From positions 85,624,001 through 85,688,000 of the forward strand of contig NW_024704743.1 of NCBI RefSeq assembly GCF_018977255.1: a stretch of 64,000 nucleotides of DNA. The letters are read 5' to 3'. A program made the position numbers and the translations under genes. This stretch comes from Callorhinchus milii (Eukaryota). Below, one piece after another: positions 40,181 to 52,660 of the stretch; the first letter of the stretch is position 1; the number at the start of each line of letters is the position of its first letter. The notes beneath the pieces were generated by a model, which was not told the origin of the DNA, made no database searches, and was given only the letters and a program-made list of their open reading frames with translations.

Positions 40181-41012
40181 TGAATCAGGAGCAGGGTAGA
40201 CCTTAGGTAAGTTTTTTTCTCTTCTTAGCAATGGATCACTGATGCAAACAAACTGATGTGATTATTACTGCCCTGCTGAGATTAACTAATTTAACACTTA
40301 CTATGGATTAAATCTGGATTTTTGTGATTTGTATGGCTCACTGGGACACCAAACTTAATTATAGATACAAATATTAAGGTATAACACTATTTCAAACATA
40401 CTGAGTTAAGTATTTGGACTGGGTCTTAACTTTAATCATATGTGAAAATCTGGATTTCAGCCACCTTTCCATTTTTGCCATTATCTTCAAGCCAGTCCCA
40501 AATTGTCAGTATTACGGATATTGTTCCCAATTGCAGACAACATCATGCCAGTGTCATTCTACCAGTCAAATTCAAATTGAATTAAGCCAATAATCCATGA
40601 AGCAGCACAGAAATGCCATTCTCTGTGATATGGAACAACGAGGCACCCATCAGTGGTCTCAGTCAACTTCACATCCAAAACAAATCGATAATTATTGACT
40701 GATATTGCCGCATCACATCTGTTATGAAGCATTGCATTTTATCACCTCACTGATTCAATTGTAGGGAATCTTTGTGTGTCTGCCTGTGGGGTCTCCATCT
40801 ATCCATTTCTTTAAGCTGTTCACTTATTTCCCTGTTTTTATTTGATTGTCTTCAGTGTTCCGCTTCATTTGAAGTACCAATTGCCTGAGAGGCCTTTTAC
40901 ATTACATTTCATGCTGGGACCACACACCACAGTGAAATTGTTTTTTGCTTGTACAGTAAACTGAAACATACGGTAAGAAAGATAAGCTCTGGAGTCAATC
41001 ACGTGGTTTAAG

Positions 41013-41352
41013 TGGAGACCTGTAGGTTAGTGGTTAGAAGGACCACAAGCGAGAGGACTTGGGTTTGATTCCCAGCAGGGCAACATCTTAACCAAGTTTT
41101 CTTACTCCACATGCCTCTGTTTACGTAAGCAGGAACCCGGCGGATGGCTTTTGCTGGGATAATAATCCCTTAAAAAAATAATATTTTGGTCACTAAATCC
41201 ACGACTGTTTGTAGTACACTGCTGTGTGCAATTGCTGCTGTGTTTCGCCCACAAAATATATAGTCAATTTACTTTACAGTATATTCTGTGAAGTTCTTTG
41301 ATTCGTCTCAAAGACGTAATAAGGCGCTACATCAAATGCAAGGATTATTATT
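41013..41352 (+). mobile_element. SINE family, older long-form copy
   Basis: Degenerate tRNA head, CORE-like block and tail gcaaggattattatt. Confidence 0.8.
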
Positions 41353-41961
41353 TTAAATACTGGAAATCACAATGGAGTGAAAGATGTAGACATGGATTTC
41401 AAAGGATAGATTGGTCTGCAATGAAGAGTTCCTAAGAAAGAAACATTCCAAATGATTACAAGTGCGCACAACTTATTAACTTTATTACCTTCATTATTTT
41501 AACCAATCTGTCTTGTTTTGAGAGAAAAATAATCTGAAGTGGGTGCCAGCGCTCTTGTGCTTCTTCTGATTTTTCTCCTCCCCCCATCCAAATACTGATC
41601 TCTGTTCAGTACCTCTCTTTATTAACACCAGAAGATCACAGATTGCAAGTTTTTCTCTGTTGCTGAGAGCTTTAATCATTCCAAATATATATACATAAAT
41701 AAAATTTGTCACTCACTCCATGGCTGCTTGTGCAACATAACTGTGCACAATTGGCTGTTGGTTTCGCCCACGAAAAACATAGTAATTTCACTTCATAGTA
41801 TATTTTGTGAAGCGCTTTGAGACGTCTCCATGACATGATAACAACAGCAACAACCAAATTATATTTGTAAAGCGCCTTTCACGCCGGGGGGACGTCCCGA
41901 GTCGCTGAACATAAGACGTGGAAGGATTACATAATATATAGCATTTAGGGGAGAGATAAAT

Positions 41962-42146
41962 ACAACAACAACAACAACAAGATTGCATTTATAGAGCGCT
42001 TTTCACGTCGGGAGGACGTCCCAAGGCGCTGGACAGTTGGGTCAGGACCCGAACAGGGGGGAACTGGTCAGGGTGAGGGGAGAGAAGGGAGGGAGCGAGG
42101 AGGGGGTAGAGAGTCGAGAGGGGAGCTGAAAGCACGGTTGAAGAGA
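41962..42146 (-). mobile_element. Young L2 LINE 3' end, 5'-truncated
   Basis: Near-identical to 51181-51360, with a (TTG)n tail. Confidence 0.85.
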
Positions 42147-42446
42147 AAAATAATAATTCTGGGATAATGTTTAGGTTATGTGTCTCAGTTCCGAGAATGC
42201 ATATATTTTAGTGAGAATTATCAAGGGAATATGTGATATATTAGATAGACAAACAAACTTCTGGCTTGTTGCAAGAAGTCAGACACTAGGATGACAGCTA
42301 CACCGAAAACTTTCAGCACTTACCAAAGAAAGACTGAGTACATATAGATTGAAAACATATATCTAAATCTCTTCAACTAGTCATGACTAACTTACATCAT
42401 GGACACTTGTCTAATTTTCTGCACAACCTTCATTAGACTACAGAGA

Positions 42447-42870
42447 TGTCAGCTTAGTTAACTTGGTAGCACACTCATATCTGTGTCTGAAGGCTGTGGG
42501 TTCAAGTTCTCTGTTCCAAGATGACAATTCAGTGCAATGTTAGAGCAGTGCTGCATTATCACAGGCGCTGCCTTCAGATAGAGACTTTAAACCAAGGTCA
42601 CATCTGTCTCTTCCGGTGGATGTGAGAGAACCCATGATACTATTTAAAAAGAGAAGAGGGTTTCTCCCAGTGTCTTAACCAACAACTCTCAAGATAAAAA
42701 TTGGTCATTCACTTCATGACCGTTTGTGAGATATTGCTGTGCACAAAGTGGCTGCCAAGTTTGCCCAGAAATACACCGTCATTACACTTTACAGTAAGAT
42801 CATACAACACACTTTGCAATATTTCAATGATGTGACAGACACCATATCAAATTCAAGGATTATTATTAAT
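42447..42870 (+). mobile_element. SacSINE1-like DeuSINE
   Basis: Same layout as 19183-19610. Confidence 0.78.
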
Positions 42871-43542
42871 ATTTATTATTAGAACTGTGGTCAGGGGATA
42901 GATGAAAAAACATAATCGACACAGCATCCCTATGGACATCCTCCTCCGCAGCTAGAGACGAACCTGAACTTACCTACTATAAAAGGATTCATTTCCAGCG
43001 CCTCAAGGTCAGTTGTGCAGCATCTAGTAAAAATGGCAAGCATACCTTTGAAGAAAACCACACCAGATATTTTGTTAGTCTTGGGCTATCCAAACCTCAT
43101 GGATCATTTATATAATATAAAATAATAATAATCCTTGCCTTTGATATAGCACTTTTCACGTCTTGCTTCACAGAATATATTGTAAAGTGAATTGATTGTA
43201 TATTTGGGCGCAAAAGATTTAAGATTCCTTACTCACTTCTGTTGTACAGCATTGCTACCTAATATTGATTTCCTACTCTATATGATGTAAAAACGCTGTC
43301 AAGAAGTTATCCATTTGTTCCTGGCTTTTAACAAGATTTGTGTCAAAAATTCTATGTAGGTGCTGATCAATGCCAATTCCTCACTCTGGATCCCTATCCC
43401 AGTAGACAACTGAATCTGACTCTGAGTCTGTTCTTGCCAGATCTGGAGTAGGCAAAACTGCATATTGTACATGACTAGTAGCCACCAGGGAAGAACTTAT
43501 CTCTGAAGGCAAAGTAATAATGTAAAAATAATCTAAAACAGA

Positions 43543-43943
43543 TAATAATAATCCTTGCATTTGATATAGTGCCTTATCACGTCTTCAAAACGTTTCAAAA
43601 TGCTTCACAGAATATACTGTAAATTGAATTGACTGTATATTTTGTGGGAGAAATGTGGCAGCCAATTGTGCACAGCAGTGTCTCACAAACAGTCGTTGAA
43701 TGAGTGACCATTTTTTTTTGAATGAATTATTACATCAACAACAAAATTAAATTTGTAAAGAGTGGGGCTGAAGACACATTTGAAAAGGAGGCACCCTCAG
43801 AAAAGCAATCCACCAATCGTCTAACAACCAGGTTCCTACTTACTGCTGAGTAAACCAAGGCATGTGGAGTAAGGAAACTTGCCCAACGTTTTGCCCTGCC
43901 AGGAATCGAACCCAGGTCTCATTTGCAAGGTGATTGCTCTAAT
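43543..43943 (-). mobile_element. SINE family, long form with an internal foreign insertion
   Basis: Head ggagtcctggagctcagtgattagagc, CORE-like block and tail. A foreign segment occupies about 43735-43795. Confidence 0.82.
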
Positions 43944-45937
43944 CACTGAGCTCCAGGACTCCATGATATATGATATAAGCAGCCAACTCCAGTAATTAGC
44001 CCACCAAACTATTCTTTAGGTGTAAGGCTATGTACTATTCATTCATCCATTCAATCATTGATGGGAGGCAGCCCAGTGATCGTAATCCTGTCCTCAGCTG
44101 AGACCTATAGATACCTACTTATGAGCAGTGGCCAGCAAATAACAAGCAGAAGATTGTTTTTATTTCCTCTCCCCATACCAGAAATACTGATTCCATTTGA
44201 AGTGCCTCCATCTCTGACCAAACTGAGACTGAGTTTAATTCAGGGCAGACCAGAAATCAAACCTGGGACCTTGCTGATCTGTACAGTCTGTAGCACATAC
44301 AATTGCAATTGCCCAGTCGGCCTTTGAAGAAGCGACGCTGCGGGTATTGAATTGAAAGCAATTATGTTAATCAGTGCAAATGAAGATAAACTGTTGACGG
44401 TATAAATAATTAATCAGACTGTGCATGTTGAAAAATGCCTGTCATTCTGAATGCTGGAAGCTAAAAAATTATTTGCAGAATTTATTACTGGTGCACAATT
44501 CATGTAATGTATGCTGAGCACACACACACACACACACGCGTTCATAAAGAACTGTTACCATCAGAGAAAAACTAGAAATATAAATAAAACTGCTGTTTAA
44601 CAATTAACATTATGGATCTAGTAAACTGGAAGTTACTCAGCATCTCACCTCAAACACATTGAACTATTACATATGAATACATATTTGATGCAATATTTTA
44701 ATGCTATTGTACATTTGATTCATACTGCAGCTTACCTCAAACATACTCAATGACTGCTTATTAACACATTATTTGATCAAATATTTTCATGCTACTCTAT
44801 ATGTAGAATGCCACACCTGAGAAGGAAGCCAAGCATGATTGTGCTCCAGGAAATGCTGATGAGTTTTTGTAACACTGAAGCATTCGTTATCGATCAAGTA
44901 TTGCCATCCGATTGATTTCCTCACCAAACCAAGGATCAATTGGAAATTGTTCCCAGTCCAAAATGGAATGTGGGTGGGAGCAAGGAGGGAGAAGTAAAAT
45001 ATTTTTAAATTGCACTTGAAGAAAGAAAGAGGGTAGAATAAATGAATTGACAACAATTTACACTTACACTCCATTCTTGTAAAGCACTTTGAGATGTCCT
45101 CCCTTTGCATAGGCAGAATATCTCAAAGCTTATCCGAGGAATTGTCGGCTAGGACACCGGGAAAATTACCCTTCTCTTTTCAAATTCTGCCATGGGATTT
45201 TTAGCATCCATCTGAACAGGCATTGATTTGATGTCTCATCTGAAGGACAATCCTGCCAACTCATCCCCTCACTTTACAGTAAATCCTGTGAAGTGCTTTG
45301 GAACATGCTCCTGATGTGAAAGGTATTATACCAAATGTAAGGATTATTATTATTAGAGAGGGTTTCAGAGGGCTAAGGCAAAGCTACTAAAAGCTCATCC
45401 ACTGATGGTGGGATAGGATGGGCAGTGGCATGAAGCAGGCCAGAGTTGGCAGAGCAGAGGGAGAGGATAGGAAATTAGTGTCACAAGAGATCATAAAAGT
45501 AGAAGAGAGAAAAACTGTGATGAAAGGCTTACAGGAAAGTCAAGGGTGGAACAAAATGCCAAGGTTCCACACAGGTTCTGGGAGTTGCAGTGAGCAGGGA
45601 AGGTTGCTATAGTCAGGGGTCAGAAGAGACATTGTCAGAACAGTAGTCCTGGAGTTGAAGGTGGAGACACAAAGGTAGAATTGGGTGTTATCCACATACT
45701 ACATATGGTGTCACCAAGGGGAAGCATGTACATGTAGATGAGGTAATGAGAGGATGCAACTATGGCAAACCGTGAGTGGCCATTCCAGAGGCAGGAGCGG
45801 AAACAGTGGAGCAGAAGTGGAGAGTAGGAGTGAAGCCAGGAACACGCAGAATCATGGAGGTATGACGGAAAACTAGACTGTCTTGGGAGTAAGGGGTGGT
45901 AAGAGGTGTTTGGGGAATGTTGCCAAGTCTGTATACA

Positions 45938-46643
45938 TGTTACAGTAATGTTGTGAAACCAGGGATTTCGCCAAACCCCTGAAATTTTCAGTAAAATTGT
46001 GAAACCATGAAATTACTGAAATTGGAGTCAGGGATTTTGTGAAAAAGTGATCCCTGCAGTGAACAGGGGTACAGGGGATCCCAGGAACATCCCTGGTGTT
46101 ATCATTAATAGAGATTCAGACACTGACCAGTACAAGATAACAGTGAAGGCCGGGTTCCTGAGGGGTCACTATTCCAGGAACCAATTTGACCTCTGCACAC
46201 AGTGATTGCCAACAGAGACCTGCGTCAACCAGGAGAAGTCAGTGTCACTCTGTGAAGCACAGTCTGTTTGTAGTGGACAATGCTTTATGAAAAGTAACTG
46301 GGGGTCAGAAGAAATGTCAGATCAACCATTGTAAATGCTTCAAAGCAAAGCTAAAATGTAACTCCCAGTGTCATGGAAGCCTCACTTGTGTTAACAAATG
46401 AACATTTGACTCCCAGTGAATGAAATGATACATGAAGTTTATGGTGAATAAAATATTATTTTTCATAATCTGTTATTTATTTGTTGATCATGCAAACAAG
46501 TGTCAAGGCAAGTTTGTCAATATGATGAAATGATCACTTTTTCATGAAATCCCTGACTCCTAATTTCAGTGAATTTATGGGTTTAACAATTATAATGAAA
46601 ATTACAGGAATTTCGTGAAATTCCTGGTTTATTTACTGTAACA
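45938..46643. mobile_element. Non-autonomous DNA transposon, 706 bp, with TIRs of about 115 bp (Ginger-like termini)
   Basis: TIRs at 45938-46052 and 46532-46643, both starting TGTTACAGTAA. 4-bp TSD TACA/TATA. An empty-site copy lies at 47155-47225. Confidence 0.8.
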
Positions 46644-47839
46644 TATATAAGCTTCTGTGAAGTTATCTCTTAAGTTCTGAAAGGGATGCCTTATAACAGG
46701 GTTCTACTGTAGTCTGTCTTTGTGACAAATTACCACTTCAAATAGTGCAATTTTCCCCATGTATGGCTTCGTTGCAGAATAACTTTTGTTTGATCTACTT
46801 CTAATTGGAGATATGAAATTGGAATGATATTTTTCTTTGTACAACAAAAATCTTTGTTAACATTTTAAACCACGAGTCATGGCTGGGCACACAACTTGTG
46901 ATCTCTGTGGGGTGGTAATACTGAGTGAGTTACTTTGTTGGAAAATTTCCTTTGGGACAAACAAAAGTGTTGCTTGAAACCATTACAAATAAAATATTTT
47001 GATAACTTGAGGGGAATATTAAATTGGTGGTTTTGCTTTACACAATGATTGTATTATTGAAAAATGCAGCTTTAAATGATTAGGTACTGGAAATAAAGCA
47101 ATAAGGAACCAAATTGAGCTATCAAAGTTATTCATTCCTGTAAAAATCTTCTGCTTTGGGGAATGTTGCCAAGTCTGCATATATAAGCTTCTGTGAAGCT
47201 ATCTCTTAAGTTCTGAAAGGATGCCAGTAAACGAACATGAAGACTGGGATTCTTTCCACTTAGTCACGGTCCTTATGGGGATATGGTTCTAGCTGGAAAC
47301 TTGACAATGTTGCAGTGTTTCAGCTGGTAAAATTCCAGTCTAGAAACTTAAGTATGATGATGGGTCTCCGTGCATATCGGAGAGGCTCCTGCCTGAATTA
47401 CACAGACTGGTTTGCAGTCACATCCCTGCCAAGTGAGGAATTGCACCAGTGGCTCACTATTTCTGTTTGGCTGTTGTTTCCAAATTCAGCATCAAAAAAC
47501 ATCTGCTAAGTGGGATTCCATCAATTAAATTAAAAAGGGAGTCAGCAATAGTTTGGCCTAATGTTGTCAGTGACTCACTAGTTCTCAGCAAAAGAATTCT
47601 CACTTTGCCGTGACCAACAGCATACCATAATATGGCACTGCATTTACAACACATTGTTTAATTGATTGAAAGATCTGCCAAGATCTAATAAATTGGTGGA
47701 AATGGTTCGATGGTGCTTTCCTATACTAAGGAAAGCACCAACAACAACAATTTGAACTTATATAGGCCCATGCAGGATAGCGTCTCGGAGTGCTTAACAG
47801 TGACGGAGCCTGACTCCAACCAAGGCTGTGGAATCCTCT

Positions 47840-48575
47840 GTCATATATTCTGGTCACTACACTATAAGAAGGATGCAACAACAATGGAAAGTGAGGGTTT
47901 ACGAGGATGATACTTGGCTTGCAGGTTACTGCTATCAGGAAAGACTAGATATGCCAGGCTTCTTTTCGCTGGACATTTAAGGGGGATCTAATAGAAGTGT
48001 TTAAAATTATAAAAGGGTTCAATAAGGTTAACATAAATAGGCTGTTTCCACTGGTTGGGGAGTCTGTAACCAGGGGACAAAATATAAGATAGTGACTAGG
48101 GGATCAAAAAGAGAATTTAGGAGGAACTACATTACGTAGAGGATAGTGAGAATGTGGAACTTGCTGACTGAAGTTGTGGTTGAATCAGGTAGTGTAGATA
48201 TATTCGAGAGGATGCTCGACCTTTACATATGGGAGAGGGAAATAGAAGGGTATGGGAAGAAGCAAAGGAGTGGGTGAATCGTAGATTCATAGAATATTAC
48301 AGCACAGAAGGAGGCCATTGGGCAGATCATGCTGGAGTCTCTTGTGGAGAATAAACATTGTAATGGACTGATTGGACTGAGTGGCCTGTTTCCAATCTGT
48401 ACCTTCTTTGTACTTGAAGCAAAGTCCATAAATTTGCTTCAAAAGGAATTAAATACACTCTCGGAAAAAAAAGTAATATGAAAGGGAATGGAAGGATGCA
48501 GGAAAGGGAGAAAAATACCAGCACAGACATGATGGGTCGACTGAGCTATTTCCAAATTGCATCATTCTATGATTT
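47840..48575 (+). mobile_element. CR1 LINE 3' fragments with nested tails
   Basis: FWSLHYKKD, RGDLIEVFKIIKGF and FRRNYIT.RIVRMWN-like segments with CR1 tails. Confidence 0.8.
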
Positions 48576-49250
48576 TACTTTGAATTATCTTATGTATGGA
48601 TTTTCATTGTGAAAACCAGCACCAGTATTTGGAAGTTGTTAACTTAAGATGATGTTGCGTTTAACACCAATGGAACAAAGATGTATTCAATCAATACCCA
48701 GTGGATTCCAAAGTTTGCTTGAGTTACTTGACTTAAATTTAAGAACAACATGTCAAAACTTAGCAGATAAAGGCTTAGCAGATAAACTCCTGAAACACTC
48801 ATCGATAGATGCAACTCAAGTTAAAATATTCCTGTATTTTTGCTATGCTGACCAATGTCTTCAAAGTAGCATCAGGTTCTGCAATATCATGATTCTGGTT
48901 GCTTCCTGAAATCTTTTGCTGATTTTAGCAGATGTCAGTCCACATATCATCCTTATGTGTGTACAGTAAGCAATACAGAAGAGGGATTGCTATAATAAAG
49001 GGAATATCATATGTAACCAGTCGTACAACCAAAATTGACAACACAGCAAATTCAGCAGGTCAGTCTGACATTACTGTCAAAATGAAAGACAATTATAATT
49101 AACAAAAAATGATTTACTTTATATGGTGAAAAACAAATTTTAAAAAAGCACATTCCAGAAAGTGTCACTTTTTCTTAGCAAATACAGCTACAGCACTTTA
49201 ATGTTTGTGTTATGAATGGTGACAACTTTGCTTATTTTAGTTTCTTGGGA

Positions 49251-49467
49251 AATAATAATCCCTCCAAAACCCAAAACAATAATAAACTAGTCATTTTCAA
49301 TCTACGACTGTTTGTGGGACATTGCTGTGCGCAATTGGCTGCCGCGTTCGCCCACAAATATACAGTCAATTCACTTTACAGTGTGTTTTGTGAAGCGCTT
49401 TGGGACGTCCTCCCGACGTGAAAAGAGCTATACAAATGCAAGGATTATTATTATTATTATTATTATT
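49251..49467 (+). mobile_element. SINE family, young 5'-truncated copy
   Basis: Near-identical to the 3' half of 60627-60939. GGAAATA is repeated on both sides (49248-49254 and 49469-49475). Confidence 0.9.
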
Positions 49468-50116
49468 TGGAAATACTGAGTGCTCAGCGATTCTCCCAGA
49501 GCTGGTAGTGGAAGGGTCAGAACCAGGAAACTGCATGCGGTTTGTCTCAGACAGACTCAACACTTTCTCAGCTAGTGTGGAGGGGAAGAGGGTGGCATCA
49601 GTGGTATCTGTAGGCAGTCTGACTGGCAGAGCCCTCGTAAGACTGCAGGAGCGTTAGACATGCACTGAGTCAGCTGACTGATCAATGATTTCTTAGTAAT
49701 CTTTTGTTTAGTTGAATACGTTGAAATCATCTGGTGATGGCAGCTGGATTGATAGCTTATGCTTTGGATCATGACCCAAACTGCTTTCTTCCTCTCTGGT
49801 TTCTCCAAGGCCCTGGAGAGTCAGGGATTTGAACCCAAGCAAGGGGTTAGGATGAGGAGGGGTGGAGGGCAAGGAGGCTAGGGGTAGAGGGTGACCGAAG
49901 GTGCGGTTGAAAATGAGGATCTTGAACTGTGCCTTGAAGGAGGCAAAGAATGGAGCAAGGCAAAAGGACTGTGGGATGGAGTTCCAAAGGATGGGATCAG
50001 AGAGGTTGGAGGCTTGACTGTCGAGATGGGTGTGTGGTGGGGTGGGGGTGGTGCTGGGCGGGGCACGTGGAGCAGGTCAGCTGGTAGTTAACTGTATTTC
50101 CTGTAAAGTGCTTTGA

Positions 50117-50458
50117 GGTGGCTCGATCATGTGATTATATGCAATATCAAATGCAAGGGTTATAATTGCATGCCAGGTGTCAACCATGTCTCTGAGTCAA
50201 AAGGTTGAGGATTGAAGCCCCACATCGGGACATGGAACCCATATAGTCTATGTGATACTCCAGTGCAGTTCTGGAGGTGTGCTGAATTATCGGGGGTGCT
50301 GTCCTTCAGATGAAATGTTAAACTGAGGTTCCGTCTGTCTGTTCAGATGGCTGTTAAAGCTCTAATGGCACTGCTCAAAAAGAGAGAGGAGTTGACGCTC
50401 TTTGAGATGTCACGCAATGTGATAAGGTACTATATTAAATGCAAGGATTGTTATTATA
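50117..50458 (+). mobile_element. SacSINE1-like DeuSINE with an internal deletion
   Basis: ctctgagtcaaaaggttgagg...ccagtgcagttctggaggtgtgctg...aatggcactg, then the tail. Confidence 0.7.
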
Positions 50459-51180
50459 TATTAGCACGTATACAGTAATATTTTCCAACTAGAGTAAAAA
50501 GATGTGATATTTGGGTGAAAGAGGAGAAATTGAAATAGTTAATATGATCACTGAATAAAATTAGTGACTGAACGTTTTTGCAGTGGGAGGTGAAACTTTG
50601 AATGTAAGAGACTCTTCAGAAACCTTTGTCCTATTTCTGGATGCAATGCACAAAGCTCAAGGGACCCAGTCTGTCTCCTGCAAGTATCTCAAATCATAGT
50701 TTGAATGTCTGTTGTTTCCCACAGGAGTTATGTCATAGGACTTTAATGTGTCCCTTGAAAGCGTGTCACCTGTCAAAACATTCCCCAATTACAACCGCTT
50801 CCTGAATCTTATATAATTTTATAAGCCCCATTGCAGATTGCTTCAAAGCCTCCAAATCTCCTGCTCCTGACACAAGAGGCTCAATCCTCTTTGAAATATA
50901 TTATAAGGCTTTAATCTGACTGTTTCTTGTCAGAACAAGTGCATGTCAAATAGAGTAGTGACATTTGTCCTGGTTTGCAATGCAAGAAGTTTGTGAAGTC
51001 TTAAAGGCTGAGGTAGGTGGAGTCTGTTCCTTGGGAATGTTGGAAAATCTGAATTTCCTGTGACAGTGCAACTCTACAAGAAATGGAAAGAAAAGGGTCC
51101 TACCACTTCATTGCTGATCCCACTATTTCATTGCTGATCCCACTAATGTCTGGAGAATGTGCTCCACATTGATTCTTTCT

Positions 51181-52345
51181 ACAACAACAACAACAAGATT
51201 CCATTTATAGAGCGCCTTTCACATCAGGAGGACGTCCCAAGGCGCTGTACAGTTGGGTCAGGACTCGAGCAGGGGGGAAATGGTCAGGGTGAGGGAAGGG
51301 AGGGAGCGAGGAGGGGGTAGAGAGTCGAGAGGGGAGCAGAAGTCACGGTCAAAGAGAAAGGTCTTGAGACCGGCCTTGAAGGAGGAAAGGGAGGAAGCAA
51401 GGCGAAGGCACTGGGGGATAGAGTTCCAGAGCCTAGGGGCTGAGAGTCTGAAGGCCCGGCCACCGATGGTAGAGCGGTTGGGGCGGGGGATGTGGAGCAG
51501 ACCGGAGCCAGAGGAACGGAGGGTACGGGCAGGTAGGTAGGGGGATAGTAGGTCGGAGAGGTAGGAGGGAGCAAGGCCGTGAATGGCCTTGTAGGTGAGG
51601 ATGAGGATCTTGAAATCAATCCTCTGGGGGATGGGGAGCCAGTGGAGACGAGCGAGGGTGGGAGTGATGTGGTCCCGAAGCCTGGTACATGAGCTGCAGA
51701 GTTCTGAATGACCTGCAGTTTGTGGAGGGAGGTGCCGGGAAGGCCGGCGAGGAGAGAGTTCCCATAGTCCAGCCTTGAGGTGGTAAAGGCGTGGACCAGA
51801 GTTTCAGCAGCGTGAGGGGGGGAGGTAGTGCCGTAGTCTGGCGATATTCCGGAGGTGATGGAAGGCGGTGCCAGTTCTGGAGCGGATATGAGGGAGAAAG
51901 GACAGCTCAGGGTCGAACAGAACCCCGAGGTTCCTGACTGGCTTTGAGAGGTGGAGAGTGCAGCCTTGGATGCTGATGGTATCAGCGCCTGAGGTGCGGA
52001 GGCGCTGACGCGAGCCAATCAGGAGGGCCTCAGTTTTACGCACGTTGAGCTGAAGAAAGTTGTCTCTCGTCCAGGACTCGATGTCGGACAGGCAGGCTGT
52101 CAGGACATCGGTGGTCATGGAGTTGAGGGTAGAGGAGGAAAGGTAGAGTTGGGTGTCATCCGCATACATGTGGAAGTTAACCCCATGTCTGCGGATGATG
52201 TCACCAAGGGAGAGCATATAGAGGGTGAAGAGGAGGGGACCAAGGACAGAGCCCTGAGGGACACCGCACGAGACAGTGCGGGGGCTGGAGGAAAAAACAT
52301 TCGTGGAAACGAAGTGAAGACGGTGGGAGAGGTACGACCTAAAGC
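51181..52345 (-). mobile_element. Young L2 LINE, 5'-truncated RT and 3' end
   Basis: Motifs [37 protein letters not shown] and HAFTTSRLDYGNSLL. Tail ttgggacgtcctcctgatgtgaaaggcgctctataaatggaatc(ttg)n. Confidence 0.93.
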
Positions 52346-52402
52346 GTCATTCAATGAGATTTTTCCCACCAATTTTGCTTGTTTCATTTAATATATTTAA
52401 CT

Positions 52403-52660
52403 AACAGTAAGTAGGAACAAGGTTGTTAATCAATTGGCGGATCGCTTTTTCCAGGGGTAATAATCCCTTAAAAAAAAGAAAATAAATTTGGTACTGAATT
52501 TGGCCATGACTGTTTGTGGGACACTGCTGTGTGCAATTGGCTGCCGTGTTTTGCCCACTAAATATACAGTCACTCCAAGTTACAGTATATTCTGTGAAGC
52601 GCTTTGAGATATCTCAACAACGTGATCAGGCGGTATATCAAATGCAAGGATTATTATTTA
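52403..52660 (+). mobile_element. SINE family, long form, 5'-truncated
   Basis: cagtaagtaggaac...attggcggatcgcttttt...gcaaggattattatt. Confidence 0.85.

Noticed and set aside
47712..47739. Perfect 11-bp hairpin ggtgctttcct-atacta-aggaaagcacc
   Set aside because: It is short and isolated, and abuts an L2 tail insertion. It is too small for a pre-miRNA, and a bacterial-style terminator is irrelevant here. A repair or template-switch scar is most likely.
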